Assembly: GCA_049968235.1 (NCBI GenBank)
Contig: JBMFRC010000010.1
Span: forward strand, 39,468 to 103,467
DNA from: Candidatus Hydrogenedens sp.
Lineage (GTDB): Bacteria; Hydrogenedentota; Hydrogenedentia; Hydrogenedentales; Hydrogenedentaceae
Direction of reading: 5' to 3'
Length of the DNA: 64,000 nt
Below the pieces are notes generated by a model. It was not told the origin of the DNA. It saw only the letters and a program-made list of their open reading frames with translations, and ran no database searches. The translations under genes and the position numbers were made by a program. Shown piece after piece: positions 20,046 to 29,149 of the stretch (its first letter is position 1; every line of letters begins with the position of its first letter).

Positions 20046-20615
20046 TTATGAAATTTGTTTTTTCCACTTGTAAAGTATATCGTAAAGAATAATTCCGAAA
20101 CTGGTTGCAACATTGATAGTATTTTTATAACCGTACATAGGGATATGAATAATATCATCAGCAATTTTTAATACCTTTTCCTGAACCCCCATCACTTCGT
20201 TTCCAAAAACAATTGCTACAGGTGAATGCCAGTTGTAATCAAAACAGGATTTTGAGTTCTCAGTAATCTCTATTGCAACAACAGGAATAGATTTTTCTTT
20301 TAATCCCATTATACAATCTTTTGTCCGTTCATAATAACTCCATGGGATATATTCATGGGCTCCTAATGCGGTTTTTTCTATTTTCTTATGGGGAGGATGT
20401 GCAGACATACCACAGAGATATATATGTTCTACCGCACCTGCATCTGCGGTTCTGAAAATGGAACCTACATTATAGGCACTTCTTAAATTGTCCAGTATTA
20501 CATGAATAGGATTTCGCTCTATGGGATGTAAAGAAGTAATATCCAATCCCTTATAAAAAGGTTCCTGAGGAGAATAAGGAATAGGGTCTCGTTTGAACTG
20601 TTCTAATTCATCCAT
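20046..20615 (-). CDS. SpoU/TrmH-family RNA 2'-O-methyltransferase
   Basis: SpoU motifs (NVGSIFRTADAGAV, IVFGNE). Confidence 0.65.
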   Translation of the reverse strand: MDELEQFKRDPIPYSPQEPFYKGLDITSLHPIERNPIHVILDNLRSAYNVGSIFRTADAGAVEHIYLCGMSAHPPHKKIEKTALGAHEYIPWSYYERTKDCIMGLKEKSIPVVAIEITENSKSCFDYNWHSPVAIVFGNEVMGVQEKVLKIADDIIHIPMYGYKNTINVATSFGIILYDILYKWKKQIS

Positions 20616-20649
20616 ATTTCTAGGAAAGTTTAAACCTTTATAAAAAGTG

Positions 20650-20658
20650 TGCTATAAT
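20650..20658 (+). promoter_or_regulatory. candidate extended -10 promoter element (TGcTATAAT) for serC
   Basis: TGnTATAAT match ~80 nt upstream of the serC ATG; -35 region is weak. Confidence 0.3.
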
Positions 20659-20737
20659 TATTGAAATTATAGAATTTGGGCTTCATTTTACTAAAATCTC
20701 AACAATCAATTCACTTTTAATCTTTTAGGAGAATAAT

Positions 20738-21829
20738 ATGTTAGAAGATCGTGTTTTTAATTTTTCTGCGGGTCCATCTATGTTACCGGAACCTGTCCTT
20801 GTTAAAGCACAGCAAGAATTATTGGTATATCCTGGTGCTGGTGCATCAGTTATGGAAATAAGTCATCGTTCTAAATCCTTTGATGAGATTTTGGAAAGAG
20901 CAAAAGATTATTTAAAAAAATTACTGAATATGCCGGATAATTATAAAGTTATTTTCACGCCCGGTGGTGCAACCATGCAATTTTCTATGTTAGCAATGAA
21001 TTTCCTAAATGGGGGTATGGCAGACTATATAAATACAGGTTCGTGGGCATCAAAAGCGATGGGTGAAGGGAAGAAACATGGAAATGTCCGCGAGGCGTGG
21101 TCAGGTAAGAGTGAAAATTATGTCCGTATGCCCTCCTCCTCCGAAATAAGTATATCTGATGAAGCAAGGTATGTCCACTTTACTTCCAACGAAACAATTC
21201 AAGGGATAGAGTTTTTTAGTGAGCCCGATGTCGGTGATAAACCTTTATTTTGTGATGCTTCTTCCGATTTTCTTTCTCGTCCTATAGATATAACAAAATA
21301 CGCATTAATATATGCGGGTGCACAAAAGAATGTAGGTCCATCTGGTATTGCGGTAGTAATTATTCGCGAAGATTTATTACCGCTTGTTCCTGAAAAACTA
21401 CCTTCTCTGTTAGACTATAAACTCATGGTTGAAAATAACTCGCTGTATAATACACCGTCTACATGGAGTATATATATTGTGGGTCTTGTGCTTAAATGGC
21501 TTTATGAGGATATTGGTGGTTTGGCAAAAATTGAGGAAATAAATAAAAAGAAAGCGGAATTGTTATATAAAGTTATTGATGACAGTAATGGTTTCTATAA
21601 GGGACATGCTCAAAAAGAAAGCCGTTCACGGATGAATGTAACCTTCCGTCTTCCTGATGAAGCACTAGAAAAAGAATTTATAGCCAAAGCAAGTGCAGAA
21701 GGATTAAAGGAATTAAAGGGACATCGTTCAGTGGGTGGGTGTCGTGCTTCTATTTATAATGCCATGCCGTATGAAGGTTGCGTAACATTAGCGGAATTTA
21801 TGAAAGATTTTGCCCAGTTGCATGGCTAA
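20738..21829 (+). CDS. serC: 3-phosphoserine/phosphohydroxythreonine aminotransferase
   Basis: N-terminal FNFSAGPSMLPEPVL matches SerC; class V aminotransferase layout; 363 aa. Confidence 0.8.
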   Translation: MLEDRVFNFSAGPSMLPEPVLVKAQQELLVYPGAGASVMEISHRSKSFDEILERAKDYLKKLLNMPDNYKVIFTPGGATMQFSMLAMNFLNGGMADYINTGSWASKAMGEGKKHGNVREAWSGKSENYVRMPSSSEISISDEARYVHFTSNETIQGIEFFSEPDVGDKPLFCDASSDFLSRPIDITKYALIYAGAQKNVGPSGIAVVIIREDLLPLVPEKLPSLLDYKLMVENNSLYNTPSTWSIYIVGLVLKWLYEDIGGLAKIEEINKKKAELLYKVIDDSNGFYKGHAQKESRSRMNVTFRLPDEALEKEFIAKASAEGLKELKGHRSVGGCRASIYNAMPYEGCVTLAEFMKDFAQLHG

Positions 21830-21839
21830 TAAATGCAGT

Positions 21840-23132
21840 TTATTTATTTCTTTGTATTAGTTCGTCTATAGTGTTAATAACAGTTTCGCCTAATTGTGGA
21901 CCATAAAAAGATGCGGTTACTTCATAACCGCTTTGTTGATATTCTTTTTCCGTAAGAATATATCCTATTAGGTCGTTGGTAAGAGAGGTAACAACAGGTA
22001 TTTTTATTCCTTGATTTTCTAATTTCTGTTTTACATTCATCCCTATTTCGGTTATAGGTTCGCCGGGGAAGGTGACTATTGCACAACCATTTATCTGTAT
22101 GAAATGAAACGGTGCTTTTGAGGGAAACAGTTGGTTTATCATAGCATTGGCCATTTCCTCTGAAACTTTATATTCGTCACCTGCTATTTTAAAAAAATCA
22201 GGTGCAATTTTTTTAGGTGGTAATTCTTTCCATAGGACATCATGTTTTAATATTGATATTGGCTCGGGTTTTAATTCTTCGATTATATCTATTACGAGTT
22301 TTGCTAAACTGAGTCCATAGTTTTCCATTGTCTCCCATGCAGAAGCCCCTTTATAACCTGAAGGTGCGACATCACCCTCCGCACCGTTAGAAAACATACA
22401 GGTCGTTCCGGGATAAAAGGTTTCGATTGTTCTTTGTATTATTCCCGGATAACCTGCTGATAATAACATTTCATTAGGTGTCATTATTGTTTCATGTGCA
22501 GTAAAATTGACAAAAACTACCCATGGTTTCTTTTCCTTATCAAACCGTAATACGGTGAGATATGGGTCTGTGGGAAGTTCTTCATGCCTTCTATTTTTAT
22601 TTAATCCTTTTGTTTCAATTCTTCCTGCTGAAAAGGTTACTGGTGATAGGTTTTTTACGGATTCCTGGATTCCTTTTGCAATTTGAGAAGAGATATACTG
22701 TAATACCTGTGCATCAAAAATACCTATGTTAGGATTGTTAACAATATTTCTTTCATCAATGGACATACCCTCAAGTCCTGCATGAGTATGGCTCGACATC
22801 ATTAAAACATTATTTGGATTAACATAGGGCAGTTCTGCTTTTTTTATTGTATGTTCTACCAAACTCCAGGGTACATGACAAATATCTAAAGTGATTATGA
22901 ACAAATATTCTTCTTCGTTTTTCAGTGTTAAAATCTTTGCCCATGTTTCATCATGAGTGCCTAATGCAGGTTTGCCCTGTCTTTCTCCATATCCTCCCAG
23001 TTGGGCTTTTAAACCTTCATTGATTGGATTTATAGAGACTCGGGCCACACCTGCATAAATTTCTGCAAAAGACATAAAACAATACCCTAATAAAAATACC
23101 GCTGTTATTACAAATAATGTGTATCTATTCAT
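21840..23132 (-). CDS. secreted hydrolase, neutral/alkaline ceramidase N-terminal-domain-like (tentative)
   Basis: Signal peptide; N-terminal region with a GYG motif recalling the ceramidase N-domain; 430 aa (shorter than full ceramidases). Confidence 0.35.
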   Translation of the reverse strand: MNRYTLFVITAVFLLGYCFMSFAEIYAGVARVSINPINEGLKAQLGGYGERQGKPALGTHDETWAKILTLKNEEEYLFIITLDICHVPWSLVEHTIKKAELPYVNPNNVLMMSSHTHAGLEGMSIDERNIVNNPNIGIFDAQVLQYISSQIAKGIQESVKNLSPVTFSAGRIETKGLNKNRRHEELPTDPYLTVLRFDKEKKPWVVFVNFTAHETIMTPNEMLLSAGYPGIIQRTIETFYPGTTCMFSNGAEGDVAPSGYKGASAWETMENYGLSLAKLVIDIIEELKPEPISILKHDVLWKELPPKKIAPDFFKIAGDEYKVSEEMANAMINQLFPSKAPFHFIQINGCAIVTFPGEPITEIGMNVKQKLENQGIKIPVVTSLTNDLIGYILTEKEYQQSGYEVTASFYGPQLGETVINTIDELIQRNK

Positions 23133-23136
23133 GTAT

Positions 23137-23754
23137 TTAATCTACAACGAATGTAGCCCTTCCCGAAATGGAAGAAAGTTTGGTAGAGACTCGGAATAAT
23201 ATCGTATATTGTCCCGGTGATAAATTAGGAGGTAAACGGAATTGCTGACTGCTTACCCATGTTCCATCATTTCTGTTAAAAGAGGAAGATGATAAGTCTG
23301 CGATCAGTTGTTCGCCTTTTAAAAGACTTCTTGTTTCTGTTACTGAGGTTCCGGAACCGGTTCCCAATAAAGCATACTGGATTGTTGCTTCAATCATATT
23401 CCCGGGGGTAACCACATTGGGTAAAACTTCTGCGCGTTCAAAAGATAATCTTTCTCCCTGTGTAGGCTGGTAATTATATTCTTTGGAGGTCTCCTCTGCG
23501 GATTTTGCTTTTTGTGCTTTTATGTCATGAGCAACTAAACCTGCAATCCCACCGAGGACTGCACCTATTGCAGCACCTTCAAGTGTATGTCCAGATTGAT
23601 GTCCTATAATAGCACCTGTTGCACCACCTAAAGCAGCACCTAATCCACCTGCTTCTCCGTAGGTTTGACATCCCGTCCCATAGAATACAATGGAAATAGT
23701 TAATATCATAAGTAAAAATAGTGTTAGAAACTTTTTCATAGTGTCTCCTTTCAT
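23137..23754 (-). CDS. glycine-zipper lipoprotein
   Basis: Lipobox-like GTGC, long GxxxG glycine-zipper run (GAGGLGAALGGATGAIIG...). Confidence 0.5.
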   Translation of the reverse strand: MKGDTMKKFLTLFLLMILTISIVFYGTGCQTYGEAGGLGAALGGATGAIIGHQSGHTLEGAAIGAVLGGIAGLVAHDIKAQKAKSAEETSKEYNYQPTQGERLSFERAEVLPNVVTPGNMIEATIQYALLGTGSGTSVTETRSLLKGEQLIADLSSSSFNRNDGTWVSSQQFRLPPNLSPGQYTILFRVSTKLSSISGRATFVVD

Positions 23755-23763
23755 GTTCTTCTT

Positions 23764-24495
23764 TTAACTTTCATCATAAGGTATATAAGGTATTATATTA
23801 TTATATCTTAATGAAAGTATATATTCCTTACTTTCATCATCTAAATAAACGAATTCTACGCCGTATTTATTTACCATTTTTTGTTCTTTATTTATTATAT
23901 TTGTTATATCCCAGCGAATGATACCTTTACCTGTTATAGGATGAACATTTTGATTTTTTGCTTGTATAGAAAATTCAACGATTTCATGATTTCCTATTTT
24001 CTCTTCTGTAGAAAATGAAAATCCGCCTCTTCCTATTAATATATTATCTATTTTATTTTCATCTAACTTTCGTATCCAACCAGAATATTGCCCCTGGTTT
24101 TCTATATCCATCTGTAGTCTATTTTCCAGAGGGGTACATAATCTTTCTATTGTAGTTGCAAGAAAAAGGAGTTGAAAAGGTTTATATATAACGGACTCTA
24201 CCCCGAGTTGATATAATTCGTGAGCAGGCACATCATTATATGCGGTAATTGTAATAATAGGAAGATTGTAAACATCCATTTTTTTAACCATTTTAATAAT
24301 TTCAATCCCAGAAACTTCGGGTAGCCGTAGGTCTGTAATAAGCAGGTCAGGTTTCATTTCTGAGAAGTTTTTACAAAAATCTTTAGGATTGTAAAAAGTA
24401 CTTGTTTCATATCCCCTGCTTTCCAATTCTATTGCAATCATTTCATTCAGGTCTATTTCATCTTCAAGTATAAATATTGTTTTTTTACTTTTCAT
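23764..24495 (-). CDS. response regulator: REC domain plus C-terminal PilZ-like domain (tentative)
   Basis: Canonical REC residues (DE, LLITDLRLP, ITITA, IYKPF); C-terminus has an IGRGGFSF segment recalling the PilZ DxSxGG motif but no clear RxxxR. Confidence 0.55.
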   Translation of the reverse strand: MKSKKTIFILEDEIDLNEMIAIELESRGYETSTFYNPKDFCKNFSEMKPDLLITDLRLPEVSGIEIIKMVKKMDVYNLPIITITAYNDVPAHELYQLGVESVIYKPFQLLFLATTIERLCTPLENRLQMDIENQGQYSGWIRKLDENKIDNILIGRGGFSFSTEEKIGNHEIVEFSIQAKNQNVHPITGKGIIRWDITNIINKEQKMVNKYGVEFVYLDDESKEYILSLRYNNIIPYIPYDES

Positions 24496-24823
24496 TTTTT
24501 ATAATCTTATATTTTTTAAGGTTAATAACAAATCCTGTCTTTTTTGAGTTTCTATCTAATTCCAGTGTTCCGCCATGTATGTCCATAATTGCTTTTGAAA
24601 GACTTAGCCCTAATCCCGTACCTTTTCCTACTTCTTTGGTAGTAAAAAATGGGTCAATGATTTTGTCTTGTATATCTTCTGGAATTCCATGACCATTATC
24701 TTCAATTTCAATTCTAATGTTGTTGTCAATTTCAATTACCTTTATTGAAATTTCTGGGTTTATTACTTCTTCAATTGCATCCGCTGAATTATTTAATATA
24801 TTTACAATTACCTGAGTTAACAA
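24485..24823 (-). CDS. histidine kinase HATPase_c (N/G1/G2 box) fragment, C-terminal part of the frameshifted sensor kinase
   Basis: NILNNSADAIEE (N box), DNGHGIP (G1), GKGTGLGLS (G2). Its frame continues upstream to ...KQNIEFTYQNNNREIYVEAVPAL, reaching into the end of the 809-aa ORF. Confidence 0.7.
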   Translation of the reverse strand: MLTQVIVNILNNSADAIEEVINPEISIKVIEIDNNIRIEIEDNGHGIPEDIQDKIIDPFFTTKEVGKGTGLGLSLSKAIMDIHGGTLELDRNSKKTGFVINLKKYKIIKNEK

Positions 24824-24891
24824 TGCCGGAACTGCCTCGACATATATCTCTCTGTTATTGTTCTGGTAGGTAAATTCTATATTTTGCTTTT

Positions 24892-27321
24892 CTATTCTCG
24901 TTTAATTTGTTCAATTGCCTCTTCAATAATCTTGTCTAATTTAGATGGATGCAATGTATGTTTTGTTTCCTGTCTCGAGAATACTTTTAATGCTTTGACT
25001 AAATTTTCTATTCTTGTTACATTTTTTTGTATTTTATTAATGAGCATAGGAATATTCTTGATAGAGGATTCATTTGTCTCATTTATATATTTACTTAAAT
25101 GTTGTGTGGTAAGCGAAATTACGGCTAATGGGTTATTAACTTCATGAGCAATACCACTTGCCATAATACCCAGTGAAGATAGTTTCTCTATGGCTTGTAT
25201 TTTTTTCTCCTGTTCTTTTATTAATTTTTCCTTTTGCTGTCTTTCGATAGATATGGCTATCATCTCCGCCACTATTTTTAATGCATGTAATTCAGAAGAT
25301 GACCATTGTCTCTCTTTAACACAATCATCAAAACCAATTAATCCCCACCATTCACCAAAAACAAAAATAGGCACAACCGCTATTGAAATAATATCTTGTG
25401 CTTCAAGTGTCGATTTTTCAATTTCTGGGAAATTTTTTACACATCCAAAAATAGGATGTCCATTGGATAACATTTGTACCCATCTTTTATAACCATTTTT
25501 TTCATAATTAAACGACTGTAATTCCGTATTATGAATTTGTGGTTTTATTTCCGGTGCAACCCATTCGTATAATTGGTCTGTTAGTATGGTGCCATTTTTT
25601 AAAACACTATTTTTAAATAGATAGGTTCTACTTACATTTGTTGCTTCCCCAAGGATTCTTAATACTTCATTAATTTCATCTTCCCAGTTTTTTGATGTAT
25701 ATAGGCTTGACGCACATTTGGATGCAGATTCTAATATTTTCTCTCTCATTTTTAAGTGTTCTTCCGACTGAACTCTTCTTACCATGTTCCCTACAGAATT
25801 GCAGAAAAAATAAATCTGATTGATTTCTTCATTATCAAACTTATTGTTAATTCTAAAAAACAATATTACATCTCTAATTAGATTTCTATCTTTAACGGGA
25901 ATATATGAAATAGATAGGGATAAATCTGTGTTATCTTTTTTATATATCGTTAAGTTTTCTGTAACAGGTATCGAAACTCTTTTTATATTTGGATTATTGA
26001 GGTATTCCATTTCTAATTTTTCAATTATCTCTTTTATTTCTTTATTGATATCTTCCTTATAAAAAGAGATTTTATGTCGTTCATTTATCTCTGTTTCATA
26101 TATACTTTTTCCAGCTTCGTCGCTAAATAATGTAACCGCACAGCAGCTTGTTAAATCGACAGCATTTTTTAAAAATTCAAACAATATTTCATCTGACGAC
26201 TTTTCTCTTTGTTTCGAAATATCCAATATCATTCGGGCATACAAATGTTCTCTTTCTAAAAATTTTTCTATTTTTTTCCGCTGTGTAACATCCTGCCCAA
26301 AACCAAATATATACTCTTTATCCCCTCCTATTTTAAGATATACTGACTTTATTTCTTTATGGACAAGGTGTCCATCTTTATGCTTATGTATGGTGTTAAA
26401 AGGACTATCATATCCATTTTTTAAATCATTGAAATGTTTACTAAAATTTTCTTTTGTATATAAAATATCAATTTCAGGGACACTTAACTTACGAAAAGTA
26501 GGCAAATCGTAGCCGAGACTTTTTGAAGCGGATTCATTTACATAAGCAAACTTTCCATCTGGATAAAGCAAATAGAATTCATTCCCAGCATTATCAACAA
26601 TATATTTAAATATTGTTAGATGTCCTTCTACCTCTTTTACAGATGTAATATCATAGAAAAATATATTGAATATATATCCACAATTGATTTTTAATTTATT
26701 TATATATAACTTTATCCACTTCTTGTTTCCTTTTTGGGTGGTTATAGGAAATGGATTTTCCAGTAGTTTATTTAGTTTTTTTTGGTTTGTATATAAATGA
26801 ATTTGCGGAAAGAAATCTTTTAATAGAAAATTTCTATTACTATTTTCAGGTATTTCTAAAAACTTTAAGGCTTTGTTATTAGCAAATAATATTTTCCCTT
26901 TCTCTACTAATAAATATCCTAAATCCGTTTGTGATGTTAAACTAAATAAAGTAGGTATGTATTGTTCTGTTTTCTTTTCTTCAGTAAGATATTTATTACA
27001 GAGTGGATAGATAAAGGCGAAATTCTGGTAAGTTTCTTTTTTGTCTTTATTATTAGGAAATGATATAAGATTATGTGTAATATGAAAATTATAAATGTTT
27101 CGTTTTTTTGTTTTTATTCTATATATAGTTACAGATTCGCCTAAATTCCCTATACCACTTTTATTTAATACATTTTGAAATAGGTTCAGGTCATTCCTAT
27201 GTATATTATCTATCCAGATATTAGGTGATATTTTATCCAGATTTAGGCAATCCTGAACGAAAGATTGAAATTCTTCATCGTAGCCTGCAATTTCTCCCTT
27301 TTGATTAAAGACAATAAACAT
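24892..27321 (-). CDS. multi-PAS/GAF sensor histidine kinase, N-terminal 809 aa ending just after the HisKA H-box (interrupted)
   Basis: PAS-like segments, H-box SSLGIMASGIAHEVNNPLAV; the ORF stops about 80 aa after the H-box, before any ATPase domain. Confidence 0.7.
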   Translation of the reverse strand: MFIVFNQKGEIAGYDEEFQSFVQDCLNLDKISPNIWIDNIHRNDLNLFQNVLNKSGIGNLGESVTIYRIKTKKRNIYNFHITHNLISFPNNKDKKETYQNFAFIYPLCNKYLTEEKKTEQYIPTLFSLTSQTDLGYLLVEKGKILFANNKALKFLEIPENSNRNFLLKDFFPQIHLYTNQKKLNKLLENPFPITTQKGNKKWIKLYINKLKINCGYIFNIFFYDITSVKEVEGHLTIFKYIVDNAGNEFYLLYPDGKFAYVNESASKSLGYDLPTFRKLSVPEIDILYTKENFSKHFNDLKNGYDSPFNTIHKHKDGHLVHKEIKSVYLKIGGDKEYIFGFGQDVTQRKKIEKFLEREHLYARMILDISKQREKSSDEILFEFLKNAVDLTSCCAVTLFSDEAGKSIYETEINERHKISFYKEDINKEIKEIIEKLEMEYLNNPNIKRVSIPVTENLTIYKKDNTDLSLSISYIPVKDRNLIRDVILFFRINNKFDNEEINQIYFFCNSVGNMVRRVQSEEHLKMREKILESASKCASSLYTSKNWEDEINEVLRILGEATNVSRTYLFKNSVLKNGTILTDQLYEWVAPEIKPQIHNTELQSFNYEKNGYKRWVQMLSNGHPIFGCVKNFPEIEKSTLEAQDIISIAVVPIFVFGEWWGLIGFDDCVKERQWSSSELHALKIVAEMIAISIERQQKEKLIKEQEKKIQAIEKLSSLGIMASGIAHEVNNPLAVISLTTQHLSKYINETNESSIKNIPMLINKIQKNVTRIENLVKALKVFSRQETKHTLHPSKLDKIIEEAIEQIKRE

Positions 27322-27333
27322 GTGAAAATATCT

Positions 27334-28194
27334 CTATTTATTTTCAAACTCTGATAAAAACTTTTTAGCGTCTGATATATATCCCTTTATCTCTTCTCTT
27401 GTTTCTTTTATAATATTTTCTCTTATTTGAGGGAATATGTTTGTTAACAATTTTATATTAACTTTATTAAAGTCTCCTGCCATACCAAAATTTTCTACTC
27501 TTGATATTTCACTGGAAAGATGAATAATATATGTTTCTATAGGATATTTATTTGTTAAATTTTCGGGTTGGTTGTGATTTGTCATCGGAGCATACAAAGT
27601 TTCCGGAAGGTTCCATTTCTGTGCTAACCAGCTATTCACATCATAATATGTTAGAGATAAATTTTCTTTTTCTTCTTTATACAGTGGAACCTGATTATCT
27701 TTGCCTTTCTTAACTACGGTTTTATATTCTTCTTTTAATGCAAGTGCCAAACAATATTTACCAATATCATGCAATAATCCCGCAGAAAAAAGAGTTTCTG
27801 GAACTATATCTGTTTTAATTTTTGTTGCTAATATCTGTGCGGATTTTCCTGCTCCTAATGAATGAAGCCAGAAATCTTTGGGGTCGATTGCTAATTGCTT
27901 TTTTGTGGTAAATAAATCCAATATTGTAGTACTCAGTGCTAACATACGAACAGTTTCAAATCCCAAAACGACTATAGCCCGTTTCAAATTGTCAACCTTA
28001 AACCGAAGTCCGTAAAATGCGGAATTAGCCAATTTTAAAACTCTTGCGGATATTGCGGGGTCGTTTTCCATTATTTTTGTCAAATCTTCCGCAGAACTAT
28101 TCTCATCATTAATAGCATCGATTAGTTTCGTCATTACCACAGGTAGGGTGGGTAAATCCTCACTCATTTCCAGTTTTTTTAGTATATCTTCCAT
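27334..28194 (-). CDS. HDOD domain-containing protein
   Basis: HDOD hallmark pattern (LPTLPVV..., DPAISARVLKLANSAFYG, LLHDIGK). Confidence 0.7.
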   Translation of the reverse strand: MEDILKKLEMSEDLPTLPVVMTKLIDAINDENSSAEDLTKIMENDPAISARVLKLANSAFYGLRFKVDNLKRAIVVLGFETVRMLALSTTILDLFTTKKQLAIDPKDFWLHSLGAGKSAQILATKIKTDIVPETLFSAGLLHDIGKYCLALALKEEYKTVVKKGKDNQVPLYKEEKENLSLTYYDVNSWLAQKWNLPETLYAPMTNHNQPENLTNKYPIETYIIHLSSEISRVENFGMAGDFNKVNIKLLTNIFPQIRENIIKETREEIKGYISDAKKFLSEFENK

Positions 28195-28229
28195 ATTCTT
28201 CTCTATATTTATTTCCTAATTATTATACA

Positions 28230-29132
28230 CTAACAAGTATGCAATTTACATATCTTATTTATATCTATTATTGTTGCTTTTATTAAATCGCTGTTTATAT
28301 TTTCTTCCACAGTTCGCTTTGCCTGTTTTAAGTTTTTATTAAGTATAGCATATATATGTTTTTGTAGTTCATCAAATTTTACATTTTTTTTCTTATGTTT
28401 CTTTATTGTTATTAATAATATACGGTAATCATTCCAAGTCCCCAGATAATTCTGAATTTCTTTTAAGATATTTAACCATGTATTTAATGGATTTTCGTAA
28501 ATCTCTTTATAAACCTCAAACATATATCTTATTTTTTTTATTATAATTCGAAATCGGTGTATTTTTTCACTTAAAGGGTTATATATTTTTTTTATACACC
28601 TATATTCATCATTAATATTATTTAGTGCTAAATTGATTTTTTCCATTCCGTATCTATAAATACACCAACTTATAGGAGAAGACATTGGGAAATTTAAAGT
28701 AAATTTATTAATCCTTTCTTCTAATATTTGTTTTGCAATAAGACAGTTATTAATCTCTTTTTTTTGTTTTTTATCTATGTAAGTCAATAGATAATCGAAG
28801 GTATAGTTCGACAAAACTTTTGGGGTATTTTGTTTAATGGATGTGATTAATTGGTATAAAACATCGAGTTCTCTTCTTTTCCCAAGAAGTTTTGTTATTT
28901 TTTTATTTTCGTTGATGTATTCTTTTCTAATTTCTTTAGATAAGAAATGTTTGTATTCGGCAAATAAAGCCCTATTTCTTCTGGAAGTTACACGAATATC
29001 ATGAATAGCATCTGGGTCTAAACTTTCAAGAAGGGGAAGTTTTTCTTTTATAAAGTTGTAATTATGCTCGATATATTTAAGAAAAATATCTTTTGAGACA
29101 TTACAATATTTAACTTCCCCTTCTTGATTCAT
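28230..29132 (-). CDS. CHAD domain-containing protein
   Basis: HDIRVTSRRNRALF matches the CHAD conserved His/Arg helix motif; alpha-helical, ~300 aa. Confidence 0.5.
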   Translation of the reverse strand: MNQEGEVKYCNVSKDIFLKYIEHNYNFIKEKLPLLESLDPDAIHDIRVTSRRNRALFAEYKHFLSKEIRKEYINENKKITKLLGKRRELDVLYQLITSIKQNTPKVLSNYTFDYLLTYIDKKQKKEINNCLIAKQILEERINKFTLNFPMSSPISWCIYRYGMEKINLALNNINDEYRCIKKIYNPLSEKIHRFRIIIKKIRYMFEVYKEIYENPLNTWLNILKEIQNYLGTWNDYRILLITIKKHKKKNVKFDELQKHIYAILNKNLKQAKRTVEENINSDLIKATIIDINKICKLHTC

Positions 29133-29149
29133 ATATTATTCTTTTGGGG

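Larger units (their letters stand above)
24485..27321 (-). pseudogene. sensor histidine kinase split by a single-base frameshift near 24895-24903 (A-homopolymer); probably an assembly indel, possibly a real pseudogene
   Basis: Frame A ends ...EQIKRE*. Frame C reads TRIEKQNIEFTYQ... into the HATPase ORF. Adding one A to the AAA in ATTAAACGAG gives a continuous ~940-aa kinase. Confidence 0.65.
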
